From positions 18,708-82,707 of the forward strand of contig CAWATK010000005.1 of the NCBI GenBank assembly GCA_963784915.1: a stretch of DNA of 64,000 nucleotides, read 5' to 3'. Both the position numbers and the translations under genes were made by a program. This document shows positions 27,962-37,279 of the stretch, in pieces; the stretch's first letter is position 1, and each line of letters begins with the position of its first letter. Under the pieces are notes generated by a model. That model did no database searches. It was given only the letters and a program-made list of their open reading frames with translations, and was not told the DNA's origin. Source of the stretch: an uncultured Chloroflexia bacterium (GTDB taxonomy: Bacteria > Chloroflexota > Anaerolineae > Anaerolineales > Villigracilaceae).

Positions 27962-29585
27962 TCAGCCCTGGTATATGCACGCCGTATTCTATGAGGTATC
28001 CGTGCGTTCTTTCCGGGATAGCAACGGCGATGGGCACGGCGACCTACGCGGCCTAATCGAAAAACTGGGATACGTCCAGGCGCTCGGCGTGGATTGCCTC
28101 TGGCTAATGCCCATCTACCCCTCCCCTCTTCGTGACGATGGCTACGATATCGCGGACTACCGTGCCATTGCGCCGGCGTTTGGCACGCTAGACGATTTCC
28201 GCGATCTGATCGTCGCCGCCCATGCTCGTGGCATACGAATCATCATCGACCTGGTTCTGAATCACACGTCGGACGAGCATCCTTGGTTCAAGGCAGCCTT
28301 GCAGGATCGCGCATCACCCTATCGAGACTACTATGTTTGGAGCGATACGAGTGAAAAGTATCTGGATGCCCGTATCATCTTCCTGGATACGGAAAGCTCC
28401 AACTGGACACTCGATCCGGTGTCAGGGCAGTACTACTGGCACCGCTTCTATTCCAGCCAACCCGACCTGAATTTCGAAAATGCGCGGGTCCAGCAGGAGA
28501 TGCTGGATGTCGTGCAATTCTGGCTGGGCCTCGGAATAGATGGATTCCGCGTGGATGCCGTGCCGTACTTGTTCGAGCGCGAGGGCACGATCTGTGAGAA
28601 CCTGCCCGAAACACACGCCTTCCTCAAGCGCCTACGGCGGTTGGTGGATTTGGAGTTCCCGGGGTGCATTCTTCTCTGCGAGGCTAATCAGTGGCCGAAG
28701 GACGTGCGCCAATACTTCGGTGACGCCGATGAATGCCAGATGGGCTTTCACTTCCCGCTGATGCCGCGCTTGTTCATGGCTCTCAAGAAGGGTCGAATCC
28801 AGGATGTGGTCGATGTGCTCCAACAGACACCGCCGATTCCGGCAGGCTGTCAATGGTGCACCTTCCTGCGTAACCATGATGAATTGACCCTTGAGATGGT
28901 GTCTGACTCAGATCGATCATGGATGTGGTCTGAGTACGCGCCTCTGCCGGGCATGAGGCTCAACCTGGGAATTCGCCGCCGCCTCTCTCCACTTCTCGAC
29001 AACGACCCGCGTTTGATCAAGCTGGCGCTCTCCCTCTTATTCACGCTGCCGGGAGTGCCCATCATCTACTACGGCGATGAGATCGGCATGGGTGACGATC
29101 TGGGTCTGCCCGATCGCAATGGATTGCGGACCCCGATGCAGTGGGATGACACGCCCAACGGGGGCTTTACATCGGGCGAGCCGGTGATCCCGCTGGTGAC
29201 AGGTGAGCTCGGGCCGGTACGTGTCAACGTCCTGGCCCAAGAGGCTCGCCGCGACTCGCTGCTCCATTCCGTGCAAGACATGATCAGTGTGCGAAAGCTG
29301 CATCCGGAACTCAGCCTCGGCACGCTGACGTGGTTCGATGCGGGCCACCCATCCATTGCTGCCTACACGCGCAGCTTCAATGGCCGGACGATGCATGTGC
29401 TGGCGAACCTGAGCTCAGTCACTGTGACCGCTCGCTTGCCGCGCGGGTTTGCCAAACGCCACACGGACTTGATCAAGGGCATCCGGGTCGAAGCGTTCAC
29501 CGCAATCGAACTCGGGCCATTCGCTTATCTCTGGCTGGAGCCTGAGGACGAAGTCGCCAACCCGGCTATCGGCGCCCGAAGCTAG
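27954..29585 (+). CDS. treS: Trehalose synthase / maltose alpha-D-glucosyltransferase (GH13), short form without a maltokinase domain
   Basis: PWYMHAVFYEVSVRSFRDSNGDGHGDLRGLIEKLGYVQALGVDCLWLMPIYPSPLRDDGYDIADY, GFRVDAVPYL and FLRNHDELTLE are typical of TreS. Confidence 0.85.
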   Translation: MPDQPWYMHAVFYEVSVRSFRDSNGDGHGDLRGLIEKLGYVQALGVDCLWLMPIYPSPLRDDGYDIADYRAIAPAFGTLDDFRDLIVAAHARGIRIIIDLVLNHTSDEHPWFKAALQDRASPYRDYYVWSDTSEKYLDARIIFLDTESSNWTLDPVSGQYYWHRFYSSQPDLNFENARVQQEMLDVVQFWLGLGIDGFRVDAVPYLFEREGTICENLPETHAFLKRLRRLVDLEFPGCILLCEANQWPKDVRQYFGDADECQMGFHFPLMPRLFMALKKGRIQDVVDVLQQTPPIPAGCQWCTFLRNHDELTLEMVSDSDRSWMWSEYAPLPGMRLNLGIRRRLSPLLDNDPRLIKLALSLLFTLPGVPIIYYGDEIGMGDDLGLPDRNGLRTPMQWDDTPNGGFTSGEPVIPLVTGELGPVRVNVLAQEARRDSLLHSVQDMISVRKLHPELSLGTLTWFDAGHPSIAAYTRSFNGRTMHVLANLSSVTVTARLPRGFAKRHTDLIKGIRVEAFTAIELGPFAYLWLEPEDEVANPAIGARS

Positions 29586-29757
29586 TCGATTGTGTTCTGC
29601 ACAACAATGCTTCGATACGAGTGGCCCTCAGCTGTCATGGTCCGGTGTTGGGATGCGTAGTCAACCTGGATCACTCCAGGGAACGTGCAGGTGCCGAAGA
29701 CTCATTCGGACTTGGTGGGTTGGTCCTCTTTACCTCGAAGCAGACCTCCACGGCGAT

Positions 29758-29796
29758 GAAATCAAAACACCGTCACATGTCAGTATGGTGACGGTG
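29758..29796 (-). terminator. Rho-independent terminator downstream of tRNA-Val
   Basis: A perfect 9-bp stem CACCGTCAC/GTGACGGTG (29768-29776 and 29788-29796) is followed on the minus strand by UUUUGAUUU. Confidence 0.6.
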
Positions 29797-29822
29797 TCTG
29801 CTCGTGCCGCCCGGCGGCACCC

Positions 29823-29899
29823 TGGTGGGCGCGGAGGAACTCGAACCCCCGACCTCATGTGTGTGATACATGCGCTCTAACCAGCTGAGCTACGCGCCC
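29823..29899 (-). tRNA. tRNA-Val (anticodon CAC), CCA encoded
   Basis: GGGCGCG-TA-GCTC-AGCTGGTTA-GAGC-G-CATGT-ATCACAC-ACATG-AGGTC-GGGGG-TTCGAGT-TCCTC-CGCGCCC-ACCA. The T stem needs two G-U pairs (50-64 and 53-61). Confidence 0.85.
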
Positions 29900-29910
29900 G
29901 AGGTCGCCAG

Positions 29911-29919
29911 ATTATAGCA
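29911..29919 (-). promoter_or_regulatory. Extended -10 promoter (TGcTATAAT) for tRNA-Val
   Basis: The minus strand reads gTGcTATAATctggcgacctc followed by the mature 5' GGGCGCG. The 11-nt distance matches that at tRNA-Pro. Confidence 0.45.
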
Positions 29920-29956
29920 CAGGCATCCGCGGCGATCTCACACGGCGGCGCATCGG

Positions 29957-31136
29957 CTAGGGCGCTGGCAGGACGTCCCACGGATTGATCACGTTGCTCA
30001 GGGTGCGGACTTCGAAGTGCAAGTGCGCGCCCGTCGAACGTCCGGTACTCCCGGCTGACCCAATCGTTTCACCCTGAGCCACATTGAGCCCGCAACCGGT
30101 GAAGATTGCACTCAAGTGCGCGTACAGGGTCTGGAATCCTGTCCCATGATCGATCATGATCATGTTGCCGTAGCCGTAGCTGTTTGCGCCCGCGTACACC
30201 ACGACGCCGCCATCCGCCGCGTAGATCGGGTCCCCCAACTCTGCCGACAGGTCGATTCCAAGGTGGTTGCTTTTCACTGAATAGTCGAATCCCGACAACT
30301 GATGTCGGCTGGTGGGGTACACGAAGGTTCCGTAGCCCACGGCACCACCACTTACCGGCGCGCACGAGCCCGCGCCGCCGACCTGAGCGGACGCCGGATT
30401 CTCCCGCGTAACTCCCAGGGGGACCTGGCCTGGCGTGTGGTATTGGTACGTTCCACCCGGTATGATCAGAAAGGTCCCGACCTTGATGTTGGGGTTGCTC
30501 GCGTCCGCGACCGCCGCTGGATCCAGCCTGTTCCCCGGGTAATTCAAGATGTCTTCCGGCTTGACTTCAAAATACGCAGCCCACTGGGAAAAAGGAATCC
30601 CGCCCAACCACTCCCAGTAAACACCGTCAACTGGCAGAATCCGCAAACTCTGATCGGGCCGCAACATATGAGGGTCGTCTTGGAGCGTGTCGTAGTTGGC
30701 CGCGAAGACGGTCTTGAACTCAAGGCCGAACCGCTCAGCGATCCCAGAAACCGTGTCACCTGGTTGGACGGTGTAGGTCGTGATGTCTTGTCGCGCCCGC
30801 TCCGGCATGCTTGTATGCAGGTTGGCTTGCCTCAGAATACCTGAAGCCAATAAGGCCGTTGACCCGCTCGAGGCAGGCGCCATGTTGCCCGGGACGCCGT
30901 CTATCGACGGTGCCTCGGGTGCCGATGCCGTCGGGCTTTCGGCAGCGGCGGAAATACGATTGGGCCAGCCAGATTACGACCACGATGCCGATCAACGAGA
31001 ACAAATTCGTCGCGGCTTTGAGCAGAAACTCCCCCAGGCCCAGCTGAAGCATGCGCTGGACAGCTCGGGAGAACGGTCCGGACTGATGGTCGGGATTTGA
31101 GGGGGATTCGGGTGCGGGCGAGGTGTCTGGGCTCAA
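29957..31136 (-). CDS. LysM-domain M23 family metallopeptidase with an N-terminal membrane anchor; frameshift near 30925-30973
   Basis: LysM (YTVQPGDTVSGIAERFGL) and M23 motifs (HLGIDL...GSTGRSTGAHLHFEV). The N-terminal TM part (...LFSLIGIVVVIWLAQSYF) is in another frame and joins ...SAAAESPTASAPEAPS. The start is TTG 31136 or ATG 31052. Confidence 0.8.
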
Positions 31137-31201
31137 CCCCTTCTGGATTTGTGTTTTTGTCTTGCACTCAAGCTCCGGCCGCGGATAATATCACACTATG
31201 G

Positions 31202-31227
31202 CAGATCGAACTCCCTGCTTCGATCTG
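31202..31227 (-). terminator. Hairpin about 77 nt downstream of the SRAP gene
   Basis: CAGATCGAA ctccctgc TTCGATCTG is a perfect 9-bp stem. There is no clear U-tract on the minus strand. Confidence 0.3.
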
Positions 31228-31304
31228 GCCCTCTCTTTATGTCGCGCAATATCTGGCGCGAACCCGCGATTGTATGAGAGCCGAATAGAGTCGTCCATGC
31301 GAGC

Positions 31305-31973
31305 TCATGCTGGCAGGATGCAGTCGGCGCGGTCCATCGCCGGATTATTGACCAGTGTGGAGACCGGGAAGGCGCGCATCAAGTCGGCCGGAAATGGCCG
31401 CAGAAGTGGCGCGAGCGCCTCGGTGCCGCTGGATGCAGGATCCAGCCACGCAGGTCGATGCTCTGGCTGCAGGATCACAGGCATGCGATTATGAATGGAG
31501 GCCATGAGTTCATTCGGGCTTGTTGTGATGATGGCGCATGAGCGCAGCTCGGAACCATCGGAACTTCGCCACTCGGCCCAAAGGCCGGCAAAGGCAAACG
31601 GTTTCAGGCTCTTCAACTGTATGTAGTGAGGCACCTTGGCTTTGGACCCAGGCACCGCCTTCCATTCATAGAAGCCATCCGCCAGGATCATGCAGCGCTT
31701 GTGTTTGTAGGAGCCCCGGAAGGCCGGTTTTTCTGCCAGCGTCTCAGCCCGGGCGTTGATCAGCCGGCTACCGATGGAAGGATCCTTTGCCCAGGAAGGG
31801 ATCAGACCCCAAATGAAGAAGTCGGCCTTGCGCTTGCCGTCGTTGGGAACCGCGAGCACCGGCTGTGTGGGCGCGATGTTGAAACGCGGCGCGAACTGCG
31901 TTGGAAAGTCAATACCCTCGAACTCGGCCTGCAGGTCATCCTCTCCCGCGACAAGTGTAAATCTTCCGCACAT
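31305..31973 (-). CDS. SOS response-associated peptidase (SRAP/YedK, abasic-site processing protein)
   Basis: The N-terminal MCGRF (catalytic Cys2), ...IWGLIPSWAKD...LINARAETL...RCMILADGFYEW are typical of SRAP. Confidence 0.9.
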   Translation of the reverse strand: MCGRFTLVAGEDDLQAEFEGIDFPTQFAPRFNIAPTQPVLAVPNDGKRKADFFIWGLIPSWAKDPSIGSRLINARAETLAEKPAFRGSYKHKRCMILADGFYEWKAVPGSKAKVPHYIQLKSLKPFAFAGLWAEWRSSDGSELRSCAIITTSPNELMASIHNRMPVILQPEHRPAWLDPASSGTEALAPLLRPFPADLMRAFPVSTLVNNPAMDRADCILPA

Positions 31974-32005
31974 GAGCTTGTTCCTCCAGTCCGTTCGAAG
32001 CGCGG

Positions 32006-33944
32006 CTAGTGTCGACGACTGTTGGCTTGGGCATCACGGCCGATGGGATCCGGCCCAAACAGACGCGAGTCCCCAGTTCGGCGCGTGAGGCCTTTGAGAT
32101 CCAGGTGTTCCAGCAACGCTTGGGCGTATCGCCGGCTGGTACCGAACAGGTCCCGGACATCGGCCAGCGTGAAGGCCCCGCGTGGGCCCAGTTCGGCCCG
32201 CAGCCTATCTACCATCGCTTCATAGCTGGCTTTGCTGAAGACGACCTCAGCAGAAACCTGCACCAGTACGCCCTGTGTACGCAGTGCAGCGTACAGGTCG
32301 GGCCCCAGCGCCTGGACGCATTCCTTCACGCTTGGAGGTGCGGCGGGGCTGGCCTCGAACTTTTTCATCAGGGCATCCGCGGCAATCGTTTCAGCTTGCG
32401 ACAGGCGTGTCTCCTGGCTGCGAAGAGCGATCAAGCCGCCTCGGGATACGACACGTCCGCTTGTTTCGAGGTGCGCGAGAATGGCCTGAAACGGATGTGG
32501 GCCCAGCCGGAGGTAGTTCCTCAGCTCCTCGCGCGGCATCCCTCCTCGAAGTGGGAATTTGCTGTGAAAAACCTCCAGTGCCCCCTGCGTTTGTTGCGTG
32601 ATGATCTCAAGATTTTGAGCACTTACAACAAGCGTCCCGGCACTGGGTGAGACTGGACCAGGCTCCAGCGCCACCAGGGTGGATGCGTTGAGGAGTTCGG
32701 CCAGGGCAGTTCCTGCCGCCTGGGCCGTAAGCCGTGAGCGCTCCACTATTTCGCGGACGGGGGCTGGACCAAGCGACAAAGCGGCAACTAGCAGGAGGTC
32801 ACGCGGGTCGCCGGCTGCTAGCGCCTGCAGCCTGCCCAATACCGCCTCATCGTGGCGTTTGTGCCGATCCACAGGATGCGGATCGATGATCGTGCCACCT
32901 CCGACCGTCTCGGGTGGAGACGGCGTGCGGGCGATGAAACCATCTCCCTGCGCGCACACAACCGGATTCAGCAGTTCGAGCTGGATCCAGCCCTCCTCAC
33001 CCGGCCCAAGTTGATCCACGTCGAGCAGGCGCACTCTGGCCATCGTCTCGCTGGTGCCGATGAAGAATTTGATCTCGTGATTGTGGGTTATGCCGGCCGA
33101 AACGTCTGGCAGGACACGAATGTACGCATCGATGCGCCGGGTCGGCGCATACTGGGCTGGATGGGTGAGTACATCGCCTCGTCGCAGCGCTTCCGCGGGC
33201 ACCCCCGCAACATTCACTGCCGTCCACCACGCCGGGCAGCGCGCGTTCGACTTGCCGCCCATGGTTTTCCAGACCGCGCACACGGCCGATCACTCCGGAG
33301 GGCAGGAACTGGACTTCATCTCCGATCACCAACTCACCATCTGCCAGGGTCCCGGTCACGACAGTTCCGAAGCCCTCCATGCTGAAGACGCGATCAAGCG
33401 CCAGGCGCGGCCGGAGCAGGTTCGGCCTATTCGGCAGCGCATCCAGCAATCCTGCTGTGCGGCTCAGAAGCTCGGGCAGCCCGGCGCCCGTGAGGGCAGA
33501 GACGCGGATGATCGGTGTATTCTCGAATGTTGTCGAGCGGACCGCGGCCCGCACATCGGCCTCCACGGCGCCCAGCCGATCCGCGTCGCCCACCCTATCG
33601 GTCTTGGTCAAGACCAATAAACCGGCGCCAATACCCAGTAGATCCAATATCGCGAGATGCTCAAGCGTCTGAGGCATTACGCCCTCATCCGCGGCCACGA
33701 CCAACCATACCGCATCGATCCCGGCCATCCCGGCGAGCATATTTCGGATGAAATCGCGGTGCCCTGGGACATCAACAATCCCCACTTCGCGCCCGCCCGG
33801 CAGCATTAGCCATCCAAATCCAAGATCGATGGTCATCTCACGCTCGCGTTCCTCCTTCAGGCGATCCGGATGGATTCCCGTGAGCACGGCGATAAGCGTC
33901 GACTTGCCGTGGTCGACGTGACCCACGGTTCCGATGACGCGCAT
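32006..33944 (-). CDS. selB: Selenocysteine-specific translation elongation factor SelB; frameshift near 33225-33240
   Basis: The N-terminal GTPase reads MRVIGTVGHVDHGKSTL...DVPGHRDF...LTKTD. The second ORF continues TAVNVAGVPAEALRRGDVL... and ends with winged-helix-like repeats (...TSRRYAQALLEHLDLKGLTRR). The junction is ...GRQVERALPG / ...TAVNVAGV. Confidence 0.85.
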
Positions 33945-34002
33945 GGCTGCCTGGATGTTTCAGCTCCGTGTAGGGCGGGAAGTGAAGCAGCAGTGATCCG
34001 GC

Positions 34003-35197
34003 CTAGCGGACCGCTTTCTTCACCTTGGCCTTCGAGTGCCCCATAATGCGTTCGTAAGCGGTCAGCCAGTCCTGGGAGATGTTCATCAGTTCCTGCAATT
34101 GCTTCTCGCTCACGTCCGTCGTCTGCTGCAGCTGATCCTGAACGGTTTGCGTAGTCTCGTCGATAGCCGACAGGTGCTTCTCGGCCTTTTCCACGTCTTT
34201 GCGCAGTTCACGGATCAACTCCTCCTGCGCCAGTGTGTGCCCGGTCCAGCGTTTCTGCTCATCCGCCTTGAATGCGATCCATTCCTGACGGATGCGTTCA
34301 TCTGCCAGGCGTTGTATTTCCCCGAGCTCAGAGATCCGGCGTTCCAGTCGCTGATTCAATCCATCGTAGGCGTCCTGCGCCTGCTTGGCAGCCCGGATTA
34401 AGTTCCTCGAACGCCGCCACCTGACTCTCAGCGTTGCCCGCCTGTTGCTTGAACTGTTCGTACCGCTCCTGCCAGTCCTTCCACGCTCGATCGCGTTCCA
34501 GTTGCTGCAGTGCGTGCTGTTGCAGCAACGCCCCAAATCGATCCTGCCTGCTCGCTTCGGTTTCCAGCAGTTCGTTGACCCGGTTATCAATATTCCGGAT
34601 ATTGTCAGAGTGCAAGGCGCTCTTCTCGCGTGCCTCATCCACGCGCTTCCGCACTGTGGAGATTTCCGCCTGCAGATCGGTCAGGCGCTTGGCATCCTGG
34701 CGGCGGGTCTCCTCCATCGATTTCTGTGTCTCCTGCACCTCCCGGCTGAGGCGCATTGCGCTTTCCACGGCCGTATTGAGATCTTGGACTGCCAACAACC
34801 GCCTTTGATCCTCGTGCGCGCGATCCTTGCGAGCGGTTTGCTCTGATGCCGCGGCTGCCCGGAGGTCGAAAATCACCTTGCGAAGTTCCTCCATCTCGGT
34901 CTGGTGGCCCTTGGTCGCCGCTTGCTCACGCTGGGAGGCGTTTTTGTCGATTGTCTCGATAGACTTCGATACATCCACTCGGTGCTTGGCCAGCATCTGA
35001 TCGAATTGGTCGATGCGGGCGCCGGCCACGGAGAGATCGTTGACCTCTTGCGCCAATGTCTTGAGCTGCTGCACGAGCGCGCCGATGTTGGTGTTCAGGC
35101 CCGTGACGCGGTCGCCCAGGTCCTTAAGCTCAGCCTTGCCTTTGCGTTCCTGGTCTTCGATCCACTGAACCTTCTTGATGATCTCTTCGAATTCCAT
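34003..35197 (-). CDS. Coiled-coil protein of unknown function; frameshift near 34400
   Basis: It is heptad-rich and highly charged throughout (…AELKDLGDRVTGLNTNIGALVQQLKTLAQEVNDL…). The two ORFs join as ...ESQVAAFEEL / IRAAKQAQDAYDGLNQRLERR. Confidence 0.6.
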
Positions 35198-35220
35198 GGA
35201 GTTCCTCCGGCCGTTGCAGA

Positions 35221-35226
35221 ATTATA
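35221..35226 (-). promoter_or_regulatory. Perfect TATAAT upstream of the coiled-coil gene
   Basis: The minus strand reads ggaagTATAATtctgcaacggccGGAGGaactccATG, so the -10 element, Shine-Dalgarno sequence and ATG are sensibly spaced. Confidence 0.35.
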
Positions 35227-35284
35227 CTTCCCGCCCTTGTTGGGCTCCGCGAGAGTACTTTTTGCGATCCTGGCGGCCGGTTGC

Positions 35285-36685
35285 TTATCGGGAAAGATGC
35301 TCAAACATCAGGGGGAGTTGGTCCACGATAAATCCTGTGATCCGCGGGAACAGACCCAAGACCACGATTGCAAGCATGCCGAACTCCGAGCATACCCCGC
35401 TCCAGCAGGGTTTCCTGTGGGAGGTCGGCAACGTTCGCGCCTTGAGCCGATGGCAAGGGTCAACTGCCTTAGTGCACCGATCATCAGGCCGCCCAGGCCG
35501 AGTAGGTACCATCACGCGGCACTTGCGGAGACGTCTGCCAGACCGTCCCAGACATCGATGCGAGGGGGGAAACCCGCAAGCAAAGGGAATCCCGCGGTGG
35601 AAAGTGCCGCCAGCACAATGGCCGCACTGGCCCAAGGATGGGTCCGGCCAACACGCCCCAGCTGATCGAAACCCAGGCTCCCGTATGTCCGATGCACGAT
35701 CGCGAGGCCAAGCGCCCACACGACCATCGCTATTCCGCGAGGGATAAAGAACGGAAAGATTGGATCCGTACCATTGGCAACAGCCAGGCTCGTCGCCAGA
35801 AGTGCCAGACCGTTCTCGGCAATGACTGCATATCCAAACATGCGTCCGAGGTGTGATTCAAGAGCGGCCCATACGGCGCTCGTTACCAGCATCAAAAGGC
35901 CGAATGTGCGCAAGCCCACGATGACCTGCTCCGATCCGCGCAGCCATGAATAGCCATCCAGAAAACTGAGACTGAAGACAATGATGATGCTCGGCATCAG
36001 CCACAGCAAGAACCCTGTGAGATAGGGGTGACCCTCCGCCATCAATCCGGGTATCCAATCGTGCAGTGGGAAGACGGCCAGCAGGAAGGCAAAACCCAGG
36101 CTCAGCATTACGGTCGCTTGAACGGTAAGGGCTAGGTCGCCGGGACTCGTCTCCACGCCGGCTAAGAGCCATCCCGCCAGCAGAATGCAGGGCATGCCCA
36201 GTGTTTGGTATACGATGAACTTTATGACTGACCGCCCAGGCACTTGACCCTGCGGCGCAAGCAGTGGGACGGCCGCCAGGGCTGCCACCTCGATAAGCAA
36301 CGCTGCGTACAAGAATGGCTGCACAGCTACGGAAGCAACCAGTAGAGCCGTGATTGCCAATCCTACAGGGACGAGCCGCCGTGCCACTCCAGCTGCCTCT
36401 GCGCCGAAGAACCACATGCTGCACAATCCGAATAGCAGAGCGAGCAAGGGTCCTTCGCTCGCACCGATGACGAGGCTTCGACCCAGGAGCGACGCGCTCG
36501 CGCCGATTTTGAGAGAGATGGGCCCTATGAGCATCGCCGAAATCGATTGGGACGAAGAGAGCGATCAGCGCGAGGCCCAGACATGTCAGCGCCCCCGTCA
36601 ACGCGGCTGCTCGTTGGGTGACCAGCAGCAACGAGAACACGCCAACCACGAGCGGGATACCGATCCATAGTACCGGGGCGCTCAC
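35285..36685 (-). CDS. Mrp/complex-I antiporter-like (NuoN/MnhD-type, PF00361-like) membrane subunit; frame broken near 36535 and again in the last ~230 nt
   Basis: FPLHDWIPGLMAEGHPYLTGFLL resembles the LHxWxP...E(G/A)P motif of proton-antiporter subunits. The N-terminal 50 aa (MSAPVLWIGIPLVVGV...) are in another frame. The GTG start overlaps the upstream stop (GTGA). The 3' end is uncertain, with 35512 as an alternative. Confidence 0.55.
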
Positions 36686-37275
36686 GTTGCGTCCTCTGGA
36701 ATGGAAGCACTCAGCAAATATGCGCCCGCAAGGCCCAACCCAAGGACCACAACCGATAGCAGGCCGGCCACTAAAATCGAGCTCTCGACGGCCGCGTAGT
36801 AAACCTCGAAGCCAGAGAGCACCGTCAACAACCCAAAGATGATCCGGCCAGTTTGGCGACTGCTGCCCAACTGAAGTGCGCCGATGCCCGCCAACAGGAT
36901 GGTCCCCGCCAGGACTGGCGCGTCGACGCCGGCCGCCGACTGGGGCCCTTGACTGGCCAGCCCCGCGGCCAGCACGATCACCATTCCCGCCATGAAGATT
37001 CGAAATGCCAGGCCTTGCGGGATCGCGTGCTCCTCTTCATCCTCGGCAGCTGGCATGGTCCCAAGTGTCATTGCGATGGCCGCTATGCTCATCCATCCAG
37101 TCACCAGCAGCGCGGCTGCCATGCCAAGTGGCCAATGCATGTATGCGAGTGCAGCCGCCCCGACGTATTGCACAGCCATCAACCCTAGCTGCCAACGCCA
37201 ATCCCGTGCCACCAAAACTCCGGTGGCTGTTACGGCGGCCACTGCTACCGCGGTCCATGGCCATGCGGCGTCCAT
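36682..37275 (-). CDS. Polytopic membrane protein of unknown function (middle gene of the antiporter-like cluster)
   Basis: About 197 aa from ATG 37275 (MDAAWPWTAVAVAAV...), with 6 or so hydrophobic helices and an acidic loop AAEDEEEH. It is tightly packed between the flanking genes. Confidence 0.5.
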   Translation of the reverse strand: MDAAWPWTAVAVAAVTATGVLVARDWRWQLGLMAVQYVGAAALAYMHWPLGMAAALLVTGWMSIAAIAMTLGTMPAAEDEEEHAIPQGLAFRIFMAGMVIVLAAGLASQGPQSAAGVDAPVLAGTILLAGIGALQLGSSRQTGRIIFGLLTVLSGFEVYYAAVESSILVAGLLSVVVLGLGLAGAYLLSASIPEDAT

Positions 37276-37279
37276 CGAA

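Noticed and set aside
29590-29880. 96-codon ORF downstream of treS.
   Set aside because: It runs into and across tRNA-Val and its terminator on the opposite strand. It has lower-GC, non-coding-looking composition.
35512-35514. The in-frame TGA in the antiporter-like gene as a second selenocysteine codon.
   Set aside because: There is no redox motif around it and only a weak 4-bp GGCC hairpin downstream. It sits in a stretch with two further frame breaks, so an error or a true stop is more likely.
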